From contig JAFLCA010000037.1 in assembly GCA_017302875.1 (NCBI GenBank), positions 1-24,206 on the forward strand: a stretch of 24,206 bases of DNA, read 5' to 3'. This document shows positions 11,930-20,532 of the stretch, in pieces (the stretch's first letter is position 1; each line of letters opens with the position of its first letter). This DNA is from Deltaproteobacteria bacterium (GTDB lineage: Bacteria > Bdellovibrionota_C > UBA2361 > JAFLCA01). A program made the translations under genes and the position numbers. The notes beneath the pieces were generated by a model, which was not told where the DNA came from, did no database searches, and saw only the letters and a program-made list of their open reading frames with translations.

Positions 11930-12096
11930 TGCATGGCTCCTTCTTGTGTTGCGAACTGAAAGCCGAACGATCAGCTTTCATCTCGACTGCGAAGGGCGTG
12001 GAATCTCCCACGCCTCAGCATCGAGAGACTCATTCCGATCAAACTTCCACGAGAACACCTCGCGAAAGTGTCTGAACAAACACCACGGCTTCGCGC

Positions 12097-12732
12097 CTAA
12101 GCGCGCTGAACGATGAACACCTCCTTCTGCTCGTCGTAGCGAAGTAGTACGACCTCGGTCCCCTCCGTAATATCCGCGACGCCGGGCATAACCCTTGCCG
12201 GGACATCACGCAGGTTGCCGGTGCGATCGGTGAGGCGAGCCTCGCCCGAATCGACGCCGATTCCGTAGATCGCCATAGCTTTGCTTCCCACGAGCTCCTT
12301 GCGGTGCACGTGGAAGGAACGTGTCGCGATGAAGCGCCCAACTACCGCTGAGATCAGCGGAGTGCCGCACAGCACGACCAGTCCCGCAATCAGCGCTGAG
12401 GTTCGCACGGCTGCGATACCGTAACTCTGACTGCACATCAGCCCCGCTCCGCCCCACAGCACCAGCATGGTGACGATGAGCACGGAAAGCGGCACTTTCC
12501 CGACGCCGAAGGCGCTCAGCACCTTGGCGACACTGCCATGCCCCGCGTCGTGCTCCGCATCATGGTCATGATGCGCCGCCGCGTCGTGGTGCATACCGAC
12601 GTCATGATGAACGCCGGCGTCATGCCCGCTGCCGTCACCTCCCAGTCCGAGGACTACGAGGTACAGCACTGCGAGCAGTAACGGCAGAAGAAACATCAGG
12701 TTCTGCCACTGCAAAAGATCCATGAAAGACAC
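12097..12732 (-). CDS. NfeD-like membrane protein (YqiJ-like, C-terminal OB-fold) with His-rich N-proximal loop
   Basis: 211 aa with an N-terminal TM helix, then the His/Asp-rich tract GHDAGVHHDVGMHHDAAAHHDHDAEHDAGH. More TM helices follow, and the C-terminal soluble domain (EARLTDRTGNLRDVPARVMPGVADITEGTEVVLLRYDEQKEVFIVQRA) is typical of short NfeD proteins. ATG at 12732 is preceded by GAGGAGGTG at spacing 6. It is co-oriented with the flotillin gene 167 bp downstream. Confidence 0.75.
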   Translation of the reverse strand: MSFMDLLQWQNLMFLLPLLLAVLYLVVLGLGGDGSGHDAGVHHDVGMHHDAAAHHDHDAEHDAGHGSVAKVLSAFGVGKVPLSVLIVTMLVLWGGAGLMCSQSYGIAAVRTSALIAGLVVLCGTPLISAVVGRFIATRSFHVHRKELVGSKAMAIYGIGVDSGEARLTDRTGNLRDVPARVMPGVADITEGTEVVLLRYDEQKEVFIVQRA

Positions 12733-13439
12733 CTCCTCTTGGTGAGCGAGCGACTCTTTCGTCCTGCGGAATCACAGCGACCCGCGAACAGACTTGTCCT
12801 GTCCGAACGTGCATGCTACACAGATCTCTCCTTATGCAAATGGAAGCATCGAGATACACCTCGAGCTGCCAGATGGTTTTTTCTGTCCTGTTCTACCCGA
12901 ACTAACGATGTAAAAGACCAAAAACCTCCCTTGCCGGTGCGCCCACGCGGGACACGCCAGATCGGGAAACGAAATTTGATAAAAACGCTTCAGCTCAAAC
13001 GCGCGAACCGCATTTGCCTGAAGTGACTCGGAGCTGTAGTAAGAAAAAATCGGCAGCCCCTACCGGAACCACGCTCTATCCGAAATCGCGAATGAGCGGC
13101 GTGCTTCTTTTCAGTGCACGGATGCGATGCTGCTGAGCATGAGGTTCGAGGATGTTTTGAAATGAGACGGCGCGCTCTGCCCTTGGCGGCGGCGGCCGGG
13201 AGGCTACCAAACGAGGATGCGTTTTTCGCCTTATATTACGGGCAAAAACACGCCTAGAGACTGAAGCACACAACATAGTGGGGACTCCGCTTGTAACACC
13301 AACTCTCTCACTACCCACGGAGCGAGAGAGGGAGCGTTCTCGGAGCGTCAAAACCAAAAGCAACCGCTCGCCGACCCCCACACGGCCGGCGCGCTCGTGC
13401 CGCAAGAGCTATACATCACTCAAAGCAAGCATCAATATA

Positions 13440-13466
13440 GCTCATGATAGCATTGCTATTATGAGC
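13440..13466 (-). terminator. Candidate hairpin terminator downstream of the UPF0104 gene
   Basis: gctcatgatagc-att-gctattatgagc, a 12-bp stem with one mismatch. On the minus strand it is followed by the T-rich TATATTGATGCTTGCTTTG. It lies 120 bp past the stop at 13587. Confidence 0.35.
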
Positions 13467-13586
13467 AACAAAAAGATTTTCGGACAAAAATGTGTCGACT
13501 CGCGTTATCGCAGAGTTATGAGCTAAGTGAAGACGACAGCGAAATATCGCGAAATACTTCTTGCTTATTCGGTAAATGCCGGAGAA

Positions 13587-14651
13587 TTAGCTGCGCGCAG
13601 CAGCACCGCGCAGATCCGCAAGCGAAACATTGCCGTGCAGGAGATAGTAGATACCGTACAGACAAAAGAATAGATACTGATAGACATGCGTCAAAATCGC
13701 AAACGCCGCGCCTGCTTCTTTGCTAATTCCGAATAGCGCAAAGCTCGCAATGCAACCGGCCTGATAAACTCCGATAAACCCAGGCGCACTCGGTGCGGCC
13801 ACCGCAAGGGCGACGACAACACCTAAAGCGAGCGCGAGCCACAAACTGTGCGCTGCAGGATGGTCAGGAGCTGCGTACACAAAAAGGTACAGGTACATAA
13901 TTAAATAACTGCTGAGCCAAACGGCGGCCGTCAACGCCAACACTTTCCAGATCCTGCCCTTCTCTCCGAGAACGGCAGCACCTTCAATGAAATCATGGCA
14001 AAACTTTTTAATTCCCGGACGGAACTTCGCTGGAAGGAAATCGATCCCGAAATCAATCCAACGCTCGGCCGTCTTCGGCATCAGCGTTCCGACCAACATG
14101 AAGACGAGCAATGCGCCGGCGACAACGGTGAGGGCGGACGCGCCTTGCTGCACAATCGGCGGAACTTCAGGAATAAAGAACACCATCACCGCAAACGACA
14201 GGAGAACGGTGGCTAAATCAAAAAATCTTTCGATGACAACGGAAACCAAGCCTGTCGAAAAACTATGTGAACTTTCTCGTGAGAGGATGAAGGGACGGAT
14301 AAACTCTCCCGCACGAAGCGGCAGGATATAGTTTGCGAAATTCCCGACCATGATGCCGTCGAATAGGACGCGCAGAGGAACGCGCTCCGTATGAGGCAGC
14401 AGATAGCGCCAACGCAATGCGCGCAGAATATAGTGTCCGATCATGACGAAGCTGACCGGAATAAGCAGCCAGTAGTGGGAATTCGCGAGCTGCGTCCCGA
14501 CTTCGCCCCATTCGATAGCGAAATACATCCACACAACCAGGCCCAGGCTTACGCCAAGACCAAGGAGAGTGCTCAAGAGTTTCGAGTTTTTGCTATTAGC
14601 CACAGAAAATGAGCTTGCCACGCCAGGGCCCCTGCTACAAGGGTCGCTCAT
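13587..14651 (-). CDS. UPF0104 / lysylphosphatidylglycerol-synthase-TM-domain (flippase-like) membrane protein
   Basis: 354-aa polytopic membrane protein with the family motif NYILPLRAGEFIRPFIL (P-x-R-x-GE-x-x-R). It has a cytosolic N-terminus followed by about 8 TM helices. The assignment rests on motif recognition only. Confidence 0.7.
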   Translation of the reverse strand: MSDPCSRGPGVASSFSVANSKNSKLLSTLLGLGVSLGLVVWMYFAIEWGEVGTQLANSHYWLLIPVSFVMIGHYILRALRWRYLLPHTERVPLRVLFDGIMVGNFANYILPLRAGEFIRPFILSRESSHSFSTGLVSVVIERFFDLATVLLSFAVMVFFIPEVPPIVQQGASALTVVAGALLVFMLVGTLMPKTAERWIDFGIDFLPAKFRPGIKKFCHDFIEGAAVLGEKGRIWKVLALTAAVWLSSYLIMYLYLFVYAAPDHPAAHSLWLALALGVVVALAVAAPSAPGFIGVYQAGCIASFALFGISKEAGAAFAILTHVYQYLFFCLYGIYYLLHGNVSLADLRGAAARS

Positions 14652-14687
14652 CGACGACAGCCCGCGCTTAGGCTATAGTAAGCCGCG

Positions 14688-15062
14688 ATGAGCTTTGCAG
14701 AATTAGATAAAAAGAAAGACGATTTGGGGCTTGAGAAGTATAAGCGCCATATCCTGCTTTGCGCCGATCAACGTAAGCCGAAGTGTTCAACGCAGGAAGA
14801 CAGCCTGCGCTCTTGGGAATTTCTGAAAGGTCGCCTCAAGGAACTGGGGCTAAGCGGGCCGGAGCCGTTGGTCTATCGCAGCAAAACAGATTGCTTGCGC
14901 GTCTGCACTCGCGGGCCCATCGCGGTAGTATACCCGGAGGGAACTTGGTATCACTCATGCACGCCCGAAGTCCTTGAGCGTATAATTCAGCAACACCTGA
15001 TCGGCGGCAAAGTCGTCGAGGAATTCCAATTCGCTGCTAATCCACTCGAAATAGAAAAGTAA
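14688..15062 (+). CDS. Thioredoxin-like [2Fe-2S] ferredoxin
   Basis: 124 aa with the Cys pattern and sequence [13 protein letters not shown]...[21 protein letters not shown], typical of Trx-fold [2Fe-2S] ferredoxins (NuoE/Fd4-like). It diverges from the UPF0104 gene with only a 36-bp spacer. Confidence 0.7.
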   Translation: MSFAELDKKKDDLGLEKYKRHILLCADQRKPKCSTQEDSLRSWEFLKGRLKELGLSGPEPLVYRSKTDCLRVCTRGPIAVVYPEGTWYHSCTPEVLERIIQQHLIGGKVVEEFQFAANPLEIEK

Positions 15063-15580
15063 TGCGAGTTCTTAAGATTTTGAATGCGTGTGCCTTAAAA
15101 CCTATGAATTTCATAGCTACCCTTACCTTCCTTTCTCTTTCTCTCAGCACCCCGGCCGCGGCCGGCACTCAGTATCGCTGCAACGGAATGGTTCAGTACC
15201 GTCCCTGCGGCCAAGAGATCGCTACGGGGCGCACGACTCGCTCGAAAACAGCAGCCGCACCTTCACTACGTACTGACGTCCCTCGCTATGATGTTTCACC
15301 GCGTGCTTTTTCAAAAAACACCGGGGCCTACGCAGAAGTACTCAATCAATCGATGTCACCCATCGGGGCTTCAACTGCGCAGTGGCGCGGCAGCCTGCGC
15401 GGAAACGGTAGTATTCGTTTGCAACTTCTGTGGTATCGCGACGGAGTGCTTAGCATGACGCGCTCTATGGGAGTGGTGAAGTTGGTGCACAAGACCACCA
15501 GTTTTGCGTTTCGCACCAGCGTGCCGCGCGGCCCCGGTTGGTCCTGGAAAGTAGCAGCCCTCGCTAGTCCTTTAAGTTAA
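15062..15580 (+). CDS. Hypothetical secreted protein with N-terminal Cys cluster (172 aa)
   Basis: Its ATG overlaps the ferredoxin stop as TAATG, indicating translational coupling. The N-terminus (MNFIATLTFLSLSLSTPAAAG) is signal-peptide-like, followed by YRCNGMVQYRPCGQE. I recognise no domain. The start may instead be the internal Met at 15104. Confidence 0.45.
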   Translation: MRVLKILNACALKPMNFIATLTFLSLSLSTPAAAGTQYRCNGMVQYRPCGQEIATGRTTRSKTAAAPSLRTDVPRYDVSPRAFSKNTGAYAEVLNQSMSPIGASTAQWRGSLRGNGSIRLQLLWYRDGVLSMTRSMGVVKLVHKTTSFAFRTSVPRGPGWSWKVAALASPLS

Positions 15581-15583
15581 CGC

Positions 15584-15612
15584 TTGAAAACTACAAAAAG
15601 ACGTTCTATAGT
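15584..15612 (+). promoter_or_regulatory. Near-consensus sigma70 promoter (TTGAAA-N17-TATAGT)
   Basis: -35 TTGAAA at 15584-15589, then a 17-nt spacer, then -10 TATAGT at 15607-15612. It lies just after the stop of the upstream gene and would start a transcript near 15620 covering the small ORF at 15750. Confidence 0.45.
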
Positions 15613-15749
15613 CGCCCATGGAGCATCACTGGGGATTACTATAGTAGTTTCAAATAGTTAGCCAGGTCGATCGAGCTTGATGAGATTTTGAATGATCTGT
15701 TCTTTATCTCCAAGTTTCTCGCTATACTGAAGAAAATCTCAGTTACCGT

Positions 15750-15977
15750 ATGCAACAAGACGTTTCTCAACAAGTTCAAGTGCACAATTCCTACACCGCG
15801 GAGGAAACGCGCGAGCAACAGGAATCTCCTGGTTTTAAGCTCGATAGCGTTGCTGGCCCGCAGCTCGCTCTGGATTTAATCGGCCAACAACTGGCCGAAG
15901 AGGCCATCACACGGATGGTTCCCGAAGGTGCAATCCTCCGCATCGGCTTTGCCGCTGATTTCGCTCAAGCAGCCTAA
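15750..15977 (+). CDS. Small hypothetical protein (75 aa), acidic/Gln-rich
   Basis: This is the only plausible ORF between the sigma70 promoter at 15584 and a weak hairpin terminator near 16042-16081. No Shine-Dalgarno is evident and I recognise no homology, so it could be non-coding. Confidence 0.3.
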   Translation: MQQDVSQQVQVHNSYTAEETREQQESPGFKLDSVAGPQLALDLIGQQLAEEAITRMVPEGAILRIGFAADFAQAA

Positions 15978-16041
15978 TCAATGCTTTCATCGCAAATTTG
16001 AACTACCGATTATTCTCGGTCAGATCGCTCTGCGCTTAATT

Positions 16042-16081
16042 CCTAGACAAAGTGCGCGTACTGCCCGCACGCTCTGATTTT
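16042..16081 (+). terminator. Weak candidate intrinsic terminator
   Basis: 5-bp stem gtgcg/cgcac with a 9-nt loop, followed by gctctgATTTTT. Confidence 0.25.
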
Positions 16082-16183
16082 TCGAAACCGCGCGAGAGCC
16101 CTTGCATTTGTAAGAAGAATCTTCTGCGACGCTGCAAAAACAACTCAGAATTTTTCCGCCGCGCCCCACTGCCGTAGGAATAA

Positions 16184-19100
16184 ATGCTGTGCTATCCTAG
16201 GCGGATGCTTGAGAGCCATCAACGATCCAAAATTCTTGAATTCCTTCGTACCCGCGCCCCTTTTTCCGTCATGGAAGCCGGCATGCAACGCTCGGCCGAC
16301 GGTCACGTCATTGAATGCAGCAAGACGGGCAACATCATTCACGGCATCGTCCGCGAAAGCGCCGAGCAAACACATACCGTGTCGCTCGACTTCATCTCCG
16401 GGCAAGATACGGACGCAAAATGCAGTTGCTCCAGCGCTGAGGAAATGCAGGAGCAGTGGTGTCAGCACGCTGTCGCATTACTTTGGAGATCCTGCGACCT
16501 AGGATTTCTCGATGCAAGCAGCGGCTTCGTCTCGAGCGAGGCAATTCATCGATCTGGTTCCAGTTCTCCGCAAGAAGTCGCAGAAGTCATTCGCGAAGTG
16601 AGCCGCACCGAGGCAGCTCCGGTTGCACATACACTGTATACCCCGAAGGTCACCATTGAATTGGACTTATCGTCCGACCGACTCGGCGTAAAAGTACTAT
16701 TCGATGATGAAGAACAAGCCCCCACGCTCTTCGAGGGATTCAAGCAGCACTCAAGCCGTGCACTCGATAATATTTTACTGCGCCAGCTAGATGACGAAGG
16801 CAGTTGGGATGAGACAAATAAGCTTTGGTACATCAATTCCAGCACCGGAATCGAGACCGTACTAGGTCTAATTCAAGAGTATAAAAAAGTCGTGTCGATC
16901 GACGGAGCGAAGATTACATTCTCGCCGGAGATGCTCGAGGCACGTCTTGAGGTTGAGTGGAACCCCGAAGGCGCGCAGCTTTCGGTGGTTTGGGTCCACA
17001 CCGACGGAAGTGTACGGCCGAAGGAAACAGAACTTATCGGAACGGGTCCTTACTGGACTTTCCTGGACGGCACGCTCTATAGAATCTCTCCGAGTGCCTC
17101 TCGAATCGCCTCAGTCTTCCCGCACTCATCGACCATCTCGGTAAGCAAGACTCGCTTAGCCCCAATCCTCGAAGAATTGCAGAGCAATCTTTTTGATCCG
17201 CGTTACGTGCACATCCTCAACAAAGAGCTGCAACCGGAAGCAGAGACCAAAACTCCGACTCCAGTTCTCGCTCTCTCGCGACGAGAGACTTTAGAAGACG
17301 GCTTTTCGAATAACTCTTTCGAGGTTTCTGCAGTCCTTGATTTCGAATATCCCGTTCCCCCCAGCGAGAGCAATGTTGTCTATTTGCCGGATCGCCAGAA
17401 GGAGCGTGATTGCATCGATCTGATGAAATCTCTGGGATTCTCCTATGCCCCCGATCGCCGTTCTTTCATCGCGTCCTCGGATTTTGCGCTCGATATCGTC
17501 CATCAAGGCCACACGTTGTTCCCTGATGATTGGCGCGTGAGTGGTTTAGAGCCTCTGCGTAAGGGGATTCGATTCGCCGACCTATCGATCAATATCTCTA
17601 TCGCAACGCCAGGCGACGGAGCCTCGCCATCTCGGGGTAAAACCAAGATCGATTGGTTTGATTGCCAAGTTTCCTTATCGCAGAACAACGCCCATGTTCC
17701 GCTCAGCACACTCTTCAAGAATGCCCGCCCAGGCGCCGAACGCTGGGTAAAATTGGATAGCGGAGCATATGCTCATGTCCCGGGTGGTGGTATCAGTCAG
17801 CTGAAGACCACCCTCGGCATGCTCGATCCAAACTTTCGATTAACGAACACGATCAAGGCCCGTTTAAGCACCGCCCAGGCGGTAAGCTTTAGCAGCCTGC
17901 ACGACGATCAGTTCAGCATTGATCTGGATTCGAAGCTCAAAACTCTAACTCGCCGCCTCAAAGAGTTTAAGTCAATCGAGGCTGTTCAAATCAGTAAGCA
18001 GTTTCATGGCAAGCTGCGCAGTTATCAACGCGAAGGTGTCAGCTGGCTGCACTTCCTCAATGAATTCGAGCTCGGTGGAATCTTGGCCGATGAAATGGGT
18101 CTAGGAAAGACCGTTCAGACGCTGGCCTTCTTGCAGGCCATGAAGGAGGAACATGCCAAGCAGAAGGTCGCTCATCGCCCGACGCTCGTCGTGGCACCGA
18201 CATCGGTAATCACGAACTGGTTCTATGAGGCTCAACGCTTTACTCCGAAGCTGTCAGTCCTCGTATTGCATGGGCCGCGCCGCAAGGAAGATTTCGGCAA
18301 GATCCCGGACCACGATATCGTTATTACCTCATACGCTCTGCTCCGCCTGGATCGCTATGATCTTGAGCGCCACGAGTTCAACTACATCATCCTCGACGAA
18401 GCGCAGAACATTAAGAACCCCGAAACCGCTACGACGCGCGCGGCAAAGAATTTACGGTCGCGCGGTCGCCTTGCGCTGAGCGGTACCCCGACAGAGAATC
18501 GACCGCTCGAATTGTGGTCGATCATGGACTTTCTCATGCCGGGCTACCTCGGCTCGATAGACTTCTTCCGTAACTACATCGAGAAGCCAATCATGGAAGG
18601 CGGACCGGGAGTACACGTCGCGAAGTTCTTAAATTCCAAGACTCGCCCGTTCATTCTGCGTCGCACGAAAGCCGAAGTGGAAAAAGATTTGCCACCGAAG
18701 ATTGAGTCCTCGCAATACGTCACGATGACGCAGTCGCAGGCTCAATTATACACGCAGATATTGGAAGAAGTGCGACCGCGCGTATTCGACGCGATCAGCA
18801 AGCATGGCGTGCGTGGAGCAAGTGTCTCCATCTTGGCCGCTCTGCTTCGCCTTCGTCAGGTTTGCAATCATCCCAATTCAATTGATGCTTTAAAGGAACT
18901 GCCCGGATACGACTCCGGCAAGTTTAATCTGCTGAAGGATCTGGTCGCAGAAGCGCTTGAGTCCGGTCGCAAGATACTTCTCTTCAGTCAGTTCCGGGAG
19001 ATGTTGGCCATTATTCGACGTCACTTGGAAGGCACGGGGGTTAATCATCTGTACCTCGACGGAGCAACGCGAAATCGTCAGGAATTAATCGATCGCTTTA

Positions 19101-19459
19101 ACAATGATTCGTCGGTGCGCCTATTTTTGGTCAGCTTGAAAGCGGGCGGCACGGGTCTCAACTTAACAGCCGCCGATACCGTGATCATTTACGATCCGTG
19201 GTGGAACCCAGCCGTAGAAAGCCAAGCCGTCGACCGAGCTCACCGTATTGGACAGACCAAAACGGTCAACGTCTATCGACTGATTACCGAAGATTCCATC
19301 GAGCAAAAAATTATGACGCTCAAGGAAAAGAAGTCGCGCATCGTAGACGCATTGATAAATGAAAATGGTCTGTCGACTTTGGCTCTCACGAAGGAAGATC
19401 TGGAGAGTCTCTTCAGTCCTCTACCGAAAGAGGCCTTAGGAACCGTCTCTGAAACTTAG
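16184..19459 (+). CDS. SNF2-family DNA-dependent ATPase/helicase with N-terminal SWIM zinc finger (YwqA-like)
   Basis: 1091 aa. The SWIM CxC...CxH element is KCSCSSAEEMQEQWCQHAV. The SNF2 motifs are I LADEMGLGKTVQTLAF, II ILDEAQNIKN, III LSGTPTENRPLELWS, and the helicase-C block LVSLKAGGTGLNLTAADTVIIYDPWWNPAVESQAVDRAHRIGQTKTV. ATG at 16184 is preceded by AGGAATAA. Confidence 0.92.
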   Translation: MLCYPRRMLESHQRSKILEFLRTRAPFSVMEAGMQRSADGHVIECSKTGNIIHGIVRESAEQTHTVSLDFISGQDTDAKCSCSSAEEMQEQWCQHAVALLWRSCDLGFLDASSGFVSSEAIHRSGSSSPQEVAEVIREVSRTEAAPVAHTLYTPKVTIELDLSSDRLGVKVLFDDEEQAPTLFEGFKQHSSRALDNILLRQLDDEGSWDETNKLWYINSSTGIETVLGLIQEYKKVVSIDGAKITFSPEMLEARLEVEWNPEGAQLSVVWVHTDGSVRPKETELIGTGPYWTFLDGTLYRISPSASRIASVFPHSSTISVSKTRLAPILEELQSNLFDPRYVHILNKELQPEAETKTPTPVLALSRRETLEDGFSNNSFEVSAVLDFEYPVPPSESNVVYLPDRQKERDCIDLMKSLGFSYAPDRRSFIASSDFALDIVHQGHTLFPDDWRVSGLEPLRKGIRFADLSINISIATPGDGASPSRGKTKIDWFDCQVSLSQNNAHVPLSTLFKNARPGAERWVKLDSGAYAHVPGGGISQLKTTLGMLDPNFRLTNTIKARLSTAQAVSFSSLHDDQFSIDLDSKLKTLTRRLKEFKSIEAVQISKQFHGKLRSYQREGVSWLHFLNEFELGGILADEMGLGKTVQTLAFLQAMKEEHAKQKVAHRPTLVVAPTSVITNWFYEAQRFTPKLSVLVLHGPRRKEDFGKIPDHDIVITSYALLRLDRYDLERHEFNYIILDEAQNIKNPETATTRAAKNLRSRGRLALSGTPTENRPLELWSIMDFLMPGYLGSIDFFRNYIEKPIMEGGPGVHVAKFLNSKTRPFILRRTKAEVEKDLPPKIESSQYVTMTQSQAQLYTQILEEVRPRVFDAISKHGVRGASVSILAALLRLRQVCNHPNSIDALKELPGYDSGKFNLLKDLVAEALESGRKILLFSQFREMLAIIRRHLEGTGVNHLYLDGATRNRQELIDRFNNDSSVRLFLVSLKAGGTGLNLTAADTVIIYDPWWNPAVESQAVDRAHRIGQTKTVNVYRLITEDSIEQKIMTLKEKKSRIVDALINENGLSTLALTKEDLESLFSPLPKEALGTVSET

Positions 19460-20532
19460 CTGCTCGCTGATAGCCAATTCCAACCGTGCCCTCGGCGAAG
19501 CGCATTCTTAGCGCGATCCGCGAGGTTATTTTTAGATACGGTATCCGTGAAATTCAGCCGCGCCCAAATCTCGGGTGGCACTTTATCCAAGCGCGCCGTG
19601 CGAACATACTCGGTGATCAAAAAGGCCGAGTGCCAGGCGGCCTGACTCTTCCCGGCCTCATCTGCTCCTGCTTGCAACTCGATGCTATGAGCGGAGGAGT
19701 AACTAACCGTTCCATAGGCAGCATCCCGGCCGCATCCTGAAGCTGAAAGCATCATGGCGCTAATTTGAATGGGGTCACAGCCGTAGAGAGCCATGCCGAC
19801 GTTCTTTATCTCTGCGCCTGTAGCGAGCATTTCAAGAGCTTTGCGAGCCTGCTCCAAATCGCCGGAAGCAATCAGCACCGCCAATCCGCTGCGACCTGCA
19901 AAGCCGGCTAACATGCCGCGACCGGCACCAAAGCTAGGGTCTTGTCCGCCGACAAAGAATCCAATTTGCGAACGTAGGATGGCGTCATCAAGAATGGGGC
20001 GCCAAATACGCTCAAACTGTCGAGTGGCCAGACGGCGACTAATTGCATGAATAACGGCCGTAGCAGCCACCACATCAGGTGCAAGAATTTCGAGCGCGTC
20101 ATGGACCGAGTTTACCTTTCTCCCGGCACCAAGCACGGAATCACTGGCTGCCGCGAAAAGGAGCCGTCGCAAGCCAAAAACGAGTCCCTCACTCGCTTTA
20201 TTGATGCTACCCGGTTTACCGAGCACGAAGTTAGAAAGTCTCCAGATAAAGAGAGGAACCGGCTTGAATGTCTCAACGATGCTTCTCGCCTGCTGCCAAG
20301 ATTTCGCCTCAGCTGACTCCTTTTGCTTGCCCTCGAGTCCGAGAACCGCCTGCTCCGTCTCGCGAAGAGTGCGCTCCAGCTCGCGCGCAAAACTATCGAC
20401 TTCAGCGGGAGCAGCTTCCGGCTCGACCACCAACTCGGCGCTTTGTGTTTTCTTTTGGCCATTGCCGGCAACCATGTCAGTCACCAACGTGGAGGAACTC
20501 TCCTTGCCCTTTTCGATCTTTCTATCTGTCAC
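19456..20532 (-). CDS. HDOD-domain signalling protein (putative)
   Basis: 358 aa. The central region (KASEGLVFGLRRLLFAAASDSVLGAGRKVNSVHDALEILAPDVVAATAVIHAI...) matches the HDOD pattern of an all-helical, degenerate HD-related fold. GTG start at 20532 is preceded by AAGG at spacing ~7. It converges on the SNF2 gene, with stop codons overlapping by 4 bp. The domain call is from memory of the family profile, not from a search. Confidence 0.55.
   Translation of the reverse strand: MTDRKIEKGKESSSTLVTDMVAGNGQKKTQSAELVVEPEAAPAEVDSFARELERTLRETEQAVLGLEGKQKESAEAKSWQQARSIVETFKPVPLFIWRLSNFVLGKPGSINKASEGLVFGLRRLLFAAASDSVLGAGRKVNSVHDALEILAPDVVAATAVIHAISRRLATRQFERIWRPILDDAILRSQIGFFVGGQDPSFGAGRGMLAGFAGRSGLAVLIASGDLEQARKALEMLATGAEIKNVGMALYGCDPIQISAMMLSASGCGRDAAYGTVSYSSAHSIELQAGADEAGKSQAAWHSAFLITEYVRTARLDKVPPEIWARLNFTDTVSKNNLADRAKNALRRGHGWNWLSASS

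Noticed and set aside
10259-11959. 566-aa + strand ORF, plus 10582..11244 (- strand, R/S/P-rich) and 10191..10517, all overlapping the flotillin gene
   Set aside because: They are antisense or alternate-frame readings of the Ala/Glu/Lys coiled-coil coding repeats (GCN/GAR-rich). Their translations are low-complexity (L/R/G-rich or R/S/P-rich) with no start context. The flotillin frame has the SPFH domain and a proper SD.
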